Shown here in pieces: positions 1-10,349 of a stretch of 64,000 nt of DNA (within the stretch, counting starts at the first letter, position 1; the number at the start of each line of letters is the position of its first letter). Made by a program: the position numbers and the translations under genes. The notes under the pieces are model-generated. The model did not search any database and was not told where the DNA came from. It saw only the letters and a list, made by a program, of their open reading frames with translations. The stretch spans positions 22,394-86,393 of the forward strand of contig JBAYFZ010000003.1 of assembly GCA_041666915.1 (NCBI GenBank), written 5' to 3'. The stretch is from Minisyncoccota bacterium. GTDB taxonomy: Bacteria; Patescibacteriota; Minisyncoccia; Phycocordibacterales; PALSA-1337.

Positions 1-6
1 GAAGGT

Positions 7-1827
7 ATGTGCTTTATAGATCCACACGGAAAGACTGCAGATTTGTTGCTGGAGTATGTTCCAAAGGAACGTATTCGTGATGTTATATATATTGCACCAT
101 TTGATACGGATTACCCTATTTCATTTAATGTTCTTGAAAGTGTAGATCCTCAAAAGAGACACTTGGTAGCCTCTGGTCTTATGAGTACTTTCAAAAAGAT
201 TTGGGAGGATGCTTGGTCTGCCAGAATGGAATATATTTTGACCAATACTCTTTTGGCCTTACTTGAAGCACCTGGTTCTACTTTACTCGGAGTAAACAGG
301 ATGTTGTCTGATAAAGAATATCGTAAAGAGATTGTTTCGCATGTTCAAGATCCGTCGGTCAAAACATTTTGGAATAAAGAGTTTGCTAGTTATACCGAAC
401 GTCAGGCTGCAGAAGCTGTACCAGCTATTCAAAATAAAGTTGGACAATTCACTGCCAATCCCTTGATCCGAAATATGATCGGTCAGGAACATTCTTCTTT
501 TGATTTCCGTGAAGCAATGGACAAAAAGAAAATCATCATCATCAACCTTTCAAAGGGAAGAATCGGTGATGAAAATATGAAACTCTTGGGCGGACTTCTT
601 GTAACCAAGATTTATCTTGCAGCTATGTCACGTGCTGATGTTCCAGATAGGACAGCAAAGATGTTGCCAAATTTCTATCTTTTTGTTGACGAATTTCAAA
701 ACTTCGCTAATGCTTCTTTTGCAGATATTCTCTCTGAAGCTAGAAAATATAAACTCAATCTAACTATTGCTCATCAGTATATAGAACAGATGGACGAGAT
801 AGTTCGTCCAGCCGTCTTTGGTAACGTCGGAACAATGATTGCTTTTCGTGTAGGCGCCACTGATGCTGAAGCTTTGGAAAAAGAATTCGCACCAATCTTT
901 GTTCTTGAAGATTTGGTCAATCTAGGTTTTGCTCAAATATATCTCAAATTGATGATTGATGGACTTTCTTCACAGCCGTTTTCTGCCACGACTTTACCAC
1001 CTATTGCTCATCCAGAAGTTTCTTATGTAAAAGAGATCATATCTGCTTCTCGTGAACAATTTGCTAGACCTAGAGCTGAAGTTGAGCAGATAGTTATGGC
1101 TTTTCATAATCCTGTTGCAAAGCCTCCAGTTACTAAGACTGTTCCAACGGTTAAAACCTCTATACCCAGTACGATTCCAAGTCCTGTAAATAAGGAGTCG
1201 GCTACGATTAAGGTGGTGCCAAATTCAAACCCTGTAAATAAAGAAGTGGTTCCTATTAAAGCTGTAGAAAATATTCCTAAACCGCCAACTATTAATACTG
1301 TAGTTAATTCAAACGTTTCAAAGTCGCCAGTTGTTAATTCGGCGGTTAATTCAAATGTCTCTCAATCTGTTGTGTCAGCCTCAAATCCAGAGCCGGCCGT
1401 TACTTCTTCAAAGTCCATAACTAATTCAAGTGCCCCTAAATCTGTAAGTGCTCCAATTCAACAAGTGTCAAAACCTCCACAATCAAAACCTTCTCCGTCA
1501 ATGCCTTCAATAAATTCGCATCATCCTTTGGAAGATCATACAAAGCCAGTCTCCTTGCATACATTAGCGGCAAGGCATGCTCCTAGAAATGATCCCAAGG
1601 TCCCAACACCAAAGAATGTTAATAGTCTGAAAGATGCTTTGTCAGCTGCTCTAGGTAAAACTAATATTGAAAAAAAGGATTCAGTTGTTCCGCAACAAAA
1701 ACCTGTGAATGTTGGAATTGTCAAACCTGTTCCTCCAACTAATATTTCACCAGCATCAATTCCTGCAAAAGAAGTGCCAAAAGAAGTTCCAGAAGATCTA
1801 TTAAAGAAGGTCTTGAAAGATGACTAA
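7..1827 (+). CDS. Type IV secretion coupling protein-like (VirD4/TraD/HerA-family) ATPase, 5'-truncated by the window, with long Pro/Ser/Val-rich C-terminal tail
   Basis: FIDPHG motif at the start, Walker B LFVDEFQNF, SEARKY..LTIAHQY, GNVGTMIAFRVG. Walker A must lie upstream of the window. Confidence 0.85.
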   Translation: MCFIDPHGKTADLLLEYVPKERIRDVIYIAPFDTDYPISFNVLESVDPQKRHLVASGLMSTFKKIWEDAWSARMEYILTNTLLALLEAPGSTLLGVNRMLSDKEYRKEIVSHVQDPSVKTFWNKEFASYTERQAAEAVPAIQNKVGQFTANPLIRNMIGQEHSSFDFREAMDKKKIIIINLSKGRIGDENMKLLGGLLVTKIYLAAMSRADVPDRTAKMLPNFYLFVDEFQNFANASFADILSEARKYKLNLTIAHQYIEQMDEIVRPAVFGNVGTMIAFRVGATDAEALEKEFAPIFVLEDLVNLGFAQIYLKLMIDGLSSQPFSATTLPPIAHPEVSYVKEIISASREQFARPRAEVEQIVMAFHNPVAKPPVTKTVPTVKTSIPSTIPSPVNKESATIKVVPNSNPVNKEVVPIKAVENIPKPPTINTVVNSNVSKSPVVNSAVNSNVSQSVVSASNPEPAVTSSKSITNSSAPKSVSAPIQQVSKPPQSKPSPSMPSINSHHPLEDHTKPVSLHTLAARHAPRNDPKVPTPKNVNSLKDALSAALGKTNIEKKDSVVPQQKPVNVGIVKPVPPTNISPASIPAKEVPKEVPEDLLKKVLKDD

Positions 1828-1847
1828 ATTTATGGAATTATGAAGGT

Positions 1848-3053
1848 ATGAAGCCAAGGCGCATACTCATATTTTCTCTCGTATATTATCCTCGTCTTAT
1901 TGGTGGGGCAGAAGTTGCCATAAAAGAGATAACAGATAGGATTTCTCCGGAAGATGTGGAATTTGATATGGTAACTTTGCGCAAGCATTCACCAGCTTTT
2001 GAACGTATTGGTAATGTTAATATCTATCGAGTTGGTTCAAAGATATTTCCATTTTCAAAATATTTATTTATATTCCTGGCATATTTCAAAGCTTTAGAAT
2101 TACATAAGAAAAATAAATATGATGCCATCTGGTCCATCATGGCCAATTATGCTGGATTTTCTGCACTTTTCTTTAAAAAGAAAAATCCAAAAGTACCATT
2201 TATCTTAACTTTACAAGAAGGGGATTCATTTGATCATATTCGTAGAAGGGTTGGGATTTTCTATCCACTTTTCAAAATGATCTTTGAACGTGCCGACCAT
2301 ATCCAAACCATTTCAAAATATTTGGCAAATTGGGCAAAAGATATGGGCGCAAGATGTCCAGTGACCGTCGTACCAAACGCTGTTGATTATGAATTATTCT
2401 CAAAAGATATTTCTGTAGAAGAAGCTAGTCAATTAAAAAATAAACTTGGTAAAAAAGAGGATGATGTTTTTCTAATAACCACATCTAGGTTGGTGATAAA
2501 AAATGCCGTGAATGACATAATTCAAGCTCTGGAGTATCTTCCAGGTAATATAAAATTTTTGATTCTCGGCACTGGTTATGAAGAAAAAAATCTCAAGAAG
2601 CAAGTTGTTGATTTAAAATTAGAGTACCGCGTCAAATTTTTGGGATTTGTACCACATGCTGAAATGCCGAAGTATTTACATATAAGTGACGTCTTCATCA
2701 GACCATCTCTATCTGAAGGTTTTGGTAACTCTTTTATTGAAGCCATGGCTGTAGGCATTCCTGTTATAGCAACACCAGTTGGTGGTATTGTAGATTTTCT
2801 GAAAGATGGTGAAACGGGACTTTTGTGTGAAGTTAATAATCCAAGAAGTATTGCTCAGAAAGTTGATAAGATAATCAAAGATAGAGAATCAAGAGAATAT
2901 ATTGTGAGACAAGCGAAGGAGATGGTGAAGAAACATTACCAGTGGGACACTGTCGTAGAAAAGATGAAGGAGATTTTTCTATCAGTTTCTACAGTTGAAG
3001 TCTCTCGTCAAGAAATGAAAAATAAGCTTAATTCTGCTAGACTTAAATTATGA
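1848..3053 (+). CDS. Glycosyltransferase family 4 (GT-B)
   Basis: GGAE N-terminal motif; RPSLSEGFGNSFIEAMA (EX7E) signature. Confidence 0.92.
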   Translation: MKPRRILIFSLVYYPRLIGGAEVAIKEITDRISPEDVEFDMVTLRKHSPAFERIGNVNIYRVGSKIFPFSKYLFIFLAYFKALELHKKNKYDAIWSIMANYAGFSALFFKKKNPKVPFILTLQEGDSFDHIRRRVGIFYPLFKMIFERADHIQTISKYLANWAKDMGARCPVTVVPNAVDYELFSKDISVEEASQLKNKLGKKEDDVFLITTSRLVIKNAVNDIIQALEYLPGNIKFLILGTGYEEKNLKKQVVDLKLEYRVKFLGFVPHAEMPKYLHISDVFIRPSLSEGFGNSFIEAMAVGIPVIATPVGGIVDFLKDGETGLLCEVNNPRSIAQKVDKIIKDRESREYIVRQAKEMVKKHYQWDTVVEKMKEIFLSVSTVEVSRQEMKNKLNSARLKL

Positions 3054-4159
3054 AAATTTTAATAGCAACCGGAATATACCCACCTGATATTGGAGGGCCT
3101 GCTACATATTCACAATTGCTTCGAGAAAAATTACCGGAGAAGGGAATTCAAGTTAAAATTTTGACCTTTGGAGAAGTTCGTTATTTACCAAAAGTTATCA
3201 GACATCTAGTCTTTTTTTGTAAAGCAATGATTAGGGGTCGTGATGTAGATATAATCTTTGCACAAGATCCAGTTTCGGTCGGCTTTCCATCATGGTTGAC
3301 AACTTTCATCATGCGTAAAAAATTCTTTATACGTGTAGCTGGTGATTATGCTTGGGAACAAGCTGTACAAAGATATGGTATCAAAGATAATATTGATGAT
3401 TTTCAAAAAAAGAAATATGGTGCAAAGACAAGTTTTTTGCGAATGATCCAGAGGTTTGTCGTTGGTAGAGCGGATACAGTATTTACACCTAGTATCTATT
3501 TTAGGGATTTGGTAGCTGGATGGAATAAAAAGCAAAAAAGAGTTTTCCATATTTATAATGGAATTGATATGTTGCCGGTGACTCAAAGTAAAGAAGATGC
3601 ACGAAAAGTGCTTGCGATTCCTAGTGATACAAAAGTTTTAGTAACTATTGGAAGACTTGTACCATGGAAAGGCTTTTTCGGTCTGATAGATGTTGTCGGG
3701 GATTTGCAAAAGGTTTCTTCACAATATCGTCTGTATATTGTTGGTACTGGTCCAGATAAGGAATCTTTGAAGAAATATATCTCTGAAAGAGGTCTTGATG
3801 AAGTGGTTTTTCTCACTGGAGCAGTCCCTCGTGAGAAAGTCTTTTCATATTTGGTAGCTTCAGATGTGTTTGTGCTAAATACGTCATTTGAGAGTTTCTC
3901 ATTCCAAATAGTTGAGGCAATGCACGCTGGTACGCCAGTTATCTCTACGGATATAGGAAATATTTCTGAAATTGTTGAAAATGGTGAGGAGGGAATACTT
4001 GTTGCACCTGATGATAAAAAAGCTTTGAGTGATTCAATCTTGAAAATTGTTAATGATGAACAATTTAGATCGTCTATTATCATGCAGGCTAAAATTAAGT
4101 CAAAGATGTTTTCTATTGAAAATACCTTGAATAAGTTATACACTTTTCTCGTTGAATAA
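3050..4159 (+). CDS. Glycosyltransferase family 4
   Basis: YPPDIGGPA, GRLVPWKG, ESFSFQIVEAM; ATGA overlap with the previous gene. Confidence 0.92.
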   Translation: MKILIATGIYPPDIGGPATYSQLLREKLPEKGIQVKILTFGEVRYLPKVIRHLVFFCKAMIRGRDVDIIFAQDPVSVGFPSWLTTFIMRKKFFIRVAGDYAWEQAVQRYGIKDNIDDFQKKKYGAKTSFLRMIQRFVVGRADTVFTPSIYFRDLVAGWNKKQKRVFHIYNGIDMLPVTQSKEDARKVLAIPSDTKVLVTIGRLVPWKGFFGLIDVVGDLQKVSSQYRLYIVGTGPDKESLKKYISERGLDEVVFLTGAVPREKVFSYLVASDVFVLNTSFESFSFQIVEAMHAGTPVISTDIGNISEIVENGEEGILVAPDDKKALSDSILKIVNDEQFRSSIIMQAKIKSKMFSIENTLNKLYTFLVE

Positions 4160-5249
4160 TACCGTGAATCAAAAACGATTATTAATGATTTCGACCGACA
4201 GATTAATCTTTGATGAGAAGAGCGAAGTTCGTGCGCGCCAGATTGAATACGCTAAGAATTGGGACGAAGTACACATTGTCGTCTTTAATCGATACCCCCG
4301 GGGGGTATCAGATGCGAATTTGAAAATCTCCCCTAACTGCTGGATCTATTCAACAGAATCATATTCAAAGTTTTTGTACCCATTTGACGCCATCAAGCTT
4401 GGTCGTCAGATTATTACTGAACATAAAATCAGTGAAATAACTTGCCAAGATTCTTCTCTGACAGCAATGGTCGGCGTATCTCTTAAAAAGAAGTTTAATA
4501 TTCCACTGGAGATTCAGATTCATACGGATATCGGTAGTCCATATTTTGCTCGTACTATTACCAATAAGATCCGACTTATGATGGCAAAAAAATATTTGCT
4601 GGAAGCGGATAAAATAAGGGTCGTTTCAGAGAGAATTAAAAAATATGTTGAGGTGATTCTTTCCAATAAAGATTGTTGCGGTGATTGTAGGTGCGAAACA
4701 GGTAATAGTTGTAAATGTTGCGGTGATAATTGCGCCTGCGATAAGACTTTAATAGAAGTCCGTCCGATAGTTGTAGATACGGAATTTATTAAAAATGCAC
4801 CGATTACTGTTGATTTGCATAAAAAATATCCACAATTTACAAAGATAGTCCTGATGGCTTCACGATTGGAAAAAGAAAAAAATATTGAATTGGCTATTAG
4901 GTCTTGGTCAGAAATTATTAAAATCAATCCAACAGTTGGTTTGATCATAGTCGGTAGTGGCTCCGAAGGATCTAAACTCAAAACATTAATCTCAAAGTTG
5001 GGATTAAATAAGAATATTTTTATGGAAAAATGGGTAGATAAAAATATTCTAGCTTCATATTACAAAACAGCTGATCTGTTTTTGGTCACTTCATTATTTG
5101 AAGGTTACGGTATGACTCTAGTTGAAGCCAATGCTGTCGGGTGTAAGATTGTCTCTACTGACGTAGGAATAGCAAAAGAAATGAATGCGACGATCGTAGG
5201 ATATAATACTAAGGAAGTTGCAGATGTGATTGTTTCCAAGATTAGGTAG
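4152..5249 (+). CDS. Glycosyltransferase family 4 with Cys-rich insertion
   Basis: SRLEKEKN, SLFEGYGMTLVEA; start codon TTG or nearby GTG, uncertain. Confidence 0.88.
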   Translation: MNNTVNQKRLLMISTDRLIFDEKSEVRARQIEYAKNWDEVHIVVFNRYPRGVSDANLKISPNCWIYSTESYSKFLYPFDAIKLGRQIITEHKISEITCQDSSLTAMVGVSLKKKFNIPLEIQIHTDIGSPYFARTITNKIRLMMAKKYLLEADKIRVVSERIKKYVEVILSNKDCCGDCRCETGNSCKCCGDNCACDKTLIEVRPIVVDTEFIKNAPITVDLHKKYPQFTKIVLMASRLEKEKNIELAIRSWSEIIKINPTVGLIIVGSGSEGSKLKTLISKLGLNKNIFMEKWVDKNILASYYKTADLFLVTSLFEGYGMTLVEANAVGCKIVSTDVGIAKEMNATIVGYNTKEVADVIVSKIR

Positions 5250-5259
5250 CAGACGAATT

Positions 5260-6288
5260 ATGAGATTACTGATAATAACCCAAAAAGTAGATAGAGAGGA
5301 TCCAGTATTGGGTTTTTTTCATGGCTGGATAGAAGAATTTTCAAGACGCTTCAAAGCGGTCGTTGTTATTTGTTTATCAAAAGGTAAATATGAATTACCT
5401 GGAAATGTTGCTGTTTTATCACTTGGTAAGGAAAAGTGGCAAAGTAAGGCCAAGTATATTTTTTTATTGTTCTATTTTTCTTTGAGATATTCCAATCGTT
5501 ATGATGCTGTCTTTGTTCACATGAACGAAGAATATGTCGTCTTGGCTGGTTGGTTGTGGAGAATAATGGGAAAGAAGGTTTTCATGTGGCGCAATCATCC
5601 TCATGGAAATACCATGACAGACATAGCTTCAATCTTTTGTAATAAAGTTTTCTGTACATCAAAATATTCTTATACAGCAAAATACAAGAAAACGACGCTT
5701 ATGCCTGTAGGTATAGATATGAATAAATTCAAGGTTGATAATTCTAAACCTAAGATAAAAAATTCCATTCTATTTCTAGGAAGAATAGCAAAGATAAAGA
5801 ATGTTCATATTTTTGTTGAAGCTTTAGGTATGTTGAAAAAAAGCGGAATAATCTTTACGGCTGATATATATGGAGATGCTTTACCAAAAGATACTCAATA
5901 TTTTGAAGAGATAAAGTCAAAAGCAAAAGAGCTTGGTCTTAATAACATGCTTAAATTTATGAGTGGAGTACCGAACTATAAAACACCAGAAATTTATAAT
6001 AGTCATGAAATATTTGTTAACCTGACTCCTAGTGGCGCTTATGATAAGACTATATTTGAAGCAATGGCTTGTGGATGTTTGACTTTGACTACCAATGATA
6101 ATCTGAAAGAACAGGTTGATGGAAGGTTGAGTATAAAGAGTATTGAAGTATCAGAAGTTGTGAAGCAATTGGACGAAGTCTTGTCTTTAGAAGAAGAGAG
6201 TAAAAAGAAGATTATTTCCAATTGTGTTAAGTTTGCTGAAACACAGAGTTTGACGAGTCTCGCTTCCAAGATTGCAGAAACTATCTAA
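5260..6288 (+). CDS. Glycosyltransferase family 4
   Basis: MRLLIITQ start (ATG 5260 preferred over the track's 5230), LGRIAKIKN, DKTIFEAMACG. Confidence 0.9.
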   Translation: MRLLIITQKVDREDPVLGFFHGWIEEFSRRFKAVVVICLSKGKYELPGNVAVLSLGKEKWQSKAKYIFLLFYFSLRYSNRYDAVFVHMNEEYVVLAGWLWRIMGKKVFMWRNHPHGNTMTDIASIFCNKVFCTSKYSYTAKYKKTTLMPVGIDMNKFKVDNSKPKIKNSILFLGRIAKIKNVHIFVEALGMLKKSGIIFTADIYGDALPKDTQYFEEIKSKAKELGLNNMLKFMSGVPNYKTPEIYNSHEIFVNLTPSGAYDKTIFEAMACGCLTLTTNDNLKEQVDGRLSIKSIEVSEVVKQLDEVLSLEEESKKKIISNCVKFAETQSLTSLASKIAETI

Positions 6289-6307
6289 TTAACCTATTAT
6301 AATCCCC

Positions 6308-6925
6308 ATGAGTAAACTCATTCCAAGTTTTTGGTATCTCTTAAGAGAGAAGATGAAAGGACGAAATTTTATTTACGAGTTTTATTTCAAAGGTAAAAGA
6401 ACTATTGATGTTGGTTGTGGTGGCGGTCAATTTTTGGCATTTGATAAGAAATTGATACACGGTGTAGATCTGAACGAAGTTGTGGTCCAAAAACTGGCTA
6501 GCGATGGTTTTATGGTCAAAGTTGCTAGTGCCGATAAGATCCCGTATGAAGATGGGAAGTTTGAAATGGCTCATTGTCATAATGTTATAGAACATCTTAT
6601 CCCTAAGACCGCTCACGGAATGTTATGCGAATCTGCAAGAGTTCTGAAAAGGGGCGGTATGTTGGTACTTAGTTCCGAAGTTATAACCAGAAAATTTTGG
6701 GGAACTTTCGGTCACACCAGACCTTATCCTCCAAGTGCTGTTAAAAAATTGTTACGCGAAGATAGTAGGGAAGAATTTGAACCGATTTCCAGCCTTGAAT
6801 GGGTCGGAGTATTTTATTTAGGTGATTATTATTCCAACAGAGTTATGTATTTGATTTCCGCTTTTCTGGGTTATTACACACCACTTTTCAGACGGGAATA
6901 TTTTTTGGTTTTGAGAAAAAAATAA
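6308..6925 (+). CDS. Class I SAM-dependent methyltransferase
   Basis: IDVGCGGG motif I; VIEHL; ARVLKRGG. Confidence 0.88.
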   Translation: MSKLIPSFWYLLREKMKGRNFIYEFYFKGKRTIDVGCGGGQFLAFDKKLIHGVDLNEVVVQKLASDGFMVKVASADKIPYEDGKFEMAHCHNVIEHLIPKTAHGMLCESARVLKRGGMLVLSSEVITRKFWGTFGHTRPYPPSAVKKLLREDSREEFEPISSLEWVGVFYLGDYYSNRVMYLISAFLGYYTPLFRREYFLVLRKK

Positions 6926-6932
6926 GATATTT

Positions 6933-7379
6933 ATGGTTGATTGGACAATAAAAAAATATATAGAATTGAATGATAAATATCCAACGCATACGAAGTTGGT
7001 CCGCTTTTTGATTTCTGGTGGTACAGCTACTTTTGTAAATATTGCTTTGTTGTATGTTTTTACTGACGTATTTGATATATGGTATATAACATCTGCAATA
7101 ATGGCTTTCGTTATTGCTTTTGTTGTTAGTTTTACTCTTCAGAAGTTTTGGACATTCCAAGATATGTCAAAAGAGGGTATGCACCGTCAGGCTATTATAT
7201 ATTTTACGATGGCATCTTTTAACCTTTGTCTGAATGCTGGTTTATTGTATTTATGTGTTGAATATATTGGCCTTCATTATTTATCTGCTCAGATTTTGAT
7301 AAGCATTTTGATTGCAATTGAAAATTATTTCGTTTATCAGTTTTTGATTTTTAGAAGGACTATTTTGATAAAACCATGA
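6933..7379 (+). CDS. GtrA-family (lipid-linked sugar flippase-like) membrane protein
   Basis: 148 aa, four hydrophobic helices, RFLISGG and FTLQKFWTF motifs. Confidence 0.88.
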   Translation: MVDWTIKKYIELNDKYPTHTKLVRFLISGGTATFVNIALLYVFTDVFDIWYITSAIMAFVIAFVVSFTLQKFWTFQDMSKEGMHRQAIIYFTMASFNLCLNAGLLYLCVEYIGLHYLSAQILISILIAIENYFVYQFLIFRRTILIKP

Positions 7380-9082
7380 TTATTCCAGAATCAAGATTAT
7401 TTTCTTATTCAAAAGAATTGAGAGTTATTCTTATATTATTACTAACCTTTTTTGTGATAAGGATATCGGGTGTCTCCATATCTTATTATCAAGATGAATG
7501 GAAAAATGTATCCTCGGCTTCAAGTGTTGAATCGGCTGGAGCTTTCTTTGCTCATCCGCCTTTGATGCAAATGTGGTTTGTCGCTGGGTATGCGATATTT
7601 GGTGAAAATAATTTTAGACTATTTCCAATACTATTCTCTGCGATGACGCTTGTCCTTCTGTATATTGTTGTGAGGAAAAGATTTGATAATACAACAGCTT
7701 TATTGTCAGCATCTCTTTTTACGGTAGTTTTTTATAGCATCTGGGGTTCTCTAATGGTTGATGTTGATGGCCCAGTGATGCCTTTGCTGTTTTTGCTTGC
7801 AGTATATTGTTACGATGAGTCCAATCTTTCAGCGGATAATTCTAAGCGTAAATGGTTTATATTACTTCTTTTGTCATGTCTTGCTGGATTTTTGATAAAA
7901 CTTAGTTTCATTTTAGTTGTTGGAGTTTTCTTATTGGACTATGTCTGGACTAATTGGCGCAGTTTAACTTTGAAGAAATGGGTGGTCTTGGCTGGATCTC
8001 TGGGTGGTTTCGGTATAATTTATGTCGTTGCTCTTTATGTCATCCAAGCTATTTATCCTGCATTTAGTATTGATTTTATGCTTGGTCATGCCAATCAATT
8101 TGTTCCTGATATTGGAAGGGATTATACACAAATAGTTGTTCAAGGAGTAAAAGCGATTTATTATCTTTCTCCACTTTTGATTGTGCCATTACTATTTTTA
8201 TCAAAAGAGATTTTTAGAAAAACGCGCATATTTTTCATATATCTTTTGGTCGGTTTTCTATTCTATTTCGTCATCTTTGATTTCTCTAGGGGGGTGTTGG
8301 ATAAATATTTGATATTTGCGACGATACCTCTCGCTGTTATATCCGGAGCTATTTTTGCCAGTCTTTTCAAGAATTTTAAACCTTCTTTGAAGAGTCTGAA
8401 AATACCAATAATTATTTCGGTTGTTGTCGCAGTCATTCTCATTGCTATCAATTTCTTACCTCACGCTGTAATGCCTTTGTATCCAAAGACAGAGTGGTTC
8501 TCTAGAGTTTTGCATGGTCAATGGAATTTCCTTAACCCGTTCAATGGTGGTTCTGGTCCAATTGGCTTCTACGTTTCTTTCTTATTTATCGCAGTCTCGT
8601 TTATCTTTTCAGCAGTAGTGGGTTTGGTTGGTCTTATAAAGAAAGATTGGAGACAATCTTGTGCAATTATTCTTATTGCTATTGGTTTGGTTTATAACAT
8701 TGTTCTTGCAGAGGAACTGATGTTCGGAAAGATTAATGGAAATTCTACAAAATTACTCGCCACAGCGGTTTCTTTTATAACCAAAACTGATTCAATAAAG
8801 AAGGTAATGTCATACAACAGTATTGGTATTCGTGAGTTGTCTCCAACTGGGAAATGGTATATGAGGTTTTATGCCGCTCCACAATTTGAGAGTAATCATC
8901 GTAAAGTATTCGCTGACTTCAAAGGGCAATATTTGGTAGTAGATATTCCACATATAAGTGAGAGTATTTTCTATGGAAAGTTCTTGGCTAAATGTGATGT
9001 TATTTTTGAATCTAGATCAGGAAAGATAACCGCTAGAGTTTATGATTGTCTGGACAGTAAGAAGATTATTGATAGTATATAA
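7376..9082 (+). CDS. GT-C fold integral membrane glycosyltransferase (ArnT/PMT_2-like)
   Basis: YQDE then HPPL motif after the first TM; many TM helices. Confidence 0.75.
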   Translation: MIIPESRLFSYSKELRVILILLLTFFVIRISGVSISYYQDEWKNVSSASSVESAGAFFAHPPLMQMWFVAGYAIFGENNFRLFPILFSAMTLVLLYIVVRKRFDNTTALLSASLFTVVFYSIWGSLMVDVDGPVMPLLFLLAVYCYDESNLSADNSKRKWFILLLLSCLAGFLIKLSFILVVGVFLLDYVWTNWRSLTLKKWVVLAGSLGGFGIIYVVALYVIQAIYPAFSIDFMLGHANQFVPDIGRDYTQIVVQGVKAIYYLSPLLIVPLLFLSKEIFRKTRIFFIYLLVGFLFYFVIFDFSRGVLDKYLIFATIPLAVISGAIFASLFKNFKPSLKSLKIPIIISVVVAVILIAINFLPHAVMPLYPKTEWFSRVLHGQWNFLNPFNGGSGPIGFYVSFLFIAVSFIFSAVVGLVGLIKKDWRQSCAIILIAIGLVYNIVLAEELMFGKINGNSTKLLATAVSFITKTDSIKKVMSYNSIGIRELSPTGKWYMRFYAAPQFESNHRKVFADFKGQYLVVDIPHISESIFYGKFLAKCDVIFESRSGKITARVYDCLDSKKIIDSI

Positions 9083-9087
9083 TCACT

Positions 9088-10341
9088 ATGAAGAAAGACT
9101 TTTGGAAAAGATACTATTACGATTATTTAGATTCCTTCGTTTCTTTTCTTGTACCTGTAAATGCAAAAGTTCTTCATCTAAATCAGAATGAATTTGATAC
9201 GGCAAATCTTTTCTCAAATTCTTCTAAGTATGATTATGTGGTCACTTCTGACACTCTGGGTAATATTCGTGATATAGAGTTGTTCCTAAGGGGAACCAAG
9301 AAAATGCTTACAGATGACGGAAGAGTTGTTATAACTCAATATAATGCCCTTTGGGAGCCTATTTTGAGGCTTGCTTCTGCTTTGGGGTTGAGAAAAGCCG
9401 TTATAGAACAGAACTGGCTTTCAATGTTAGATCTAAAAAACTTTGCTTATTTGGCTGGTTTTGAAGTTATAAAATCTGGTACAAAATTGATTTTACCTGT
9501 TTATATTCCGATCCTATCATTCGTTTGTAATAAATTTTTGATGAATATTTGGCCATTTTCTCATCTTGGTCTTTTTCATTATATTGTTGCAAGAAAGTCC
9601 GGATTAAAGACAGGTGATAAACCATCTATATCTATTGTTGTCCCTGCTAGGAATGAAGCTGGAACAATAGAAAAAATAGCTAGAGAATTGCCAGAATTAG
9701 GTTCGTTCACAGAAATAATTTTTATTGAGGGTAATTCAACCGATAACACTTATTCTGAAATACAAAGAGTTGTAAAGATTTTTGGTAAGACAAAGAAAAT
9801 CAAGTTTGCAAAACAAAGTGGAAAAGGAAAAGGTGATGCTGTCAGAAAAGGTTTTGATATGGCAACTGGTGATATTCTCGCTATATATGATGCTGATATG
9901 ACAGTTCCAGCTGATGAAGTCGTCAAATTCTATGAAGCTATCGTCAGTAATAAAGGGGATTTTATTAATGGGTCTCGTTTGGTCTATCCTATGCAAAAGG
10001 AATCAATGCGAGTTTTGAATTTCTTTGGAAATAAGTTTTTCAGTTTGGCTTTTAGTTGGATTTTGGGACAACCACTCAAAGATACACTTTGTGGTACAAA
10101 AGTCTTGTGGCGTAGTGATTATGAAAAAATCAAACAAGGCAGAACTTTCTTCGGTGATTTTGATCCTTTTGGTGATTTTGATCTCCTGTTTGGTGCAGCA
10201 AAATTAAATTTGAAAATTATTGATATGCCAGTTCATTATGGAGAACGTGTCTATGGCACGACCAACATAAGTCGTTGGAAACATGGATGGTTACTCTTGA
10301 AGATGACAGTTTTCGCTTCAAAAAAGATGAAATTTTTGTAG
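9088..10341 (+). CDS. GT2 glycosyltransferase with N-terminal methyltransferase-like domain
   Basis: SIVVPARNEAG, GKGKGDAVRKG, YDAD, DTLCGTK, FGDFDLLFGA. Confidence 0.88.
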   Translation: MKKDFWKRYYYDYLDSFVSFLVPVNAKVLHLNQNEFDTANLFSNSSKYDYVVTSDTLGNIRDIELFLRGTKKMLTDDGRVVITQYNALWEPILRLASALGLRKAVIEQNWLSMLDLKNFAYLAGFEVIKSGTKLILPVYIPILSFVCNKFLMNIWPFSHLGLFHYIVARKSGLKTGDKPSISIVVPARNEAGTIEKIARELPELGSFTEIIFIEGNSTDNTYSEIQRVVKIFGKTKKIKFAKQSGKGKGDAVRKGFDMATGDILAIYDADMTVPADEVVKFYEAIVSNKGDFINGSRLVYPMQKESMRVLNFFGNKFFSLAFSWILGQPLKDTLCGTKVLWRSDYEKIKQGRTFFGDFDPFGDFDLLFGAAKLNLKIIDMPVHYGERVYGTTNISRWKHGWLLLKMTVFASKKMKFL

Positions 10342-10349
10342 TACCCGTG

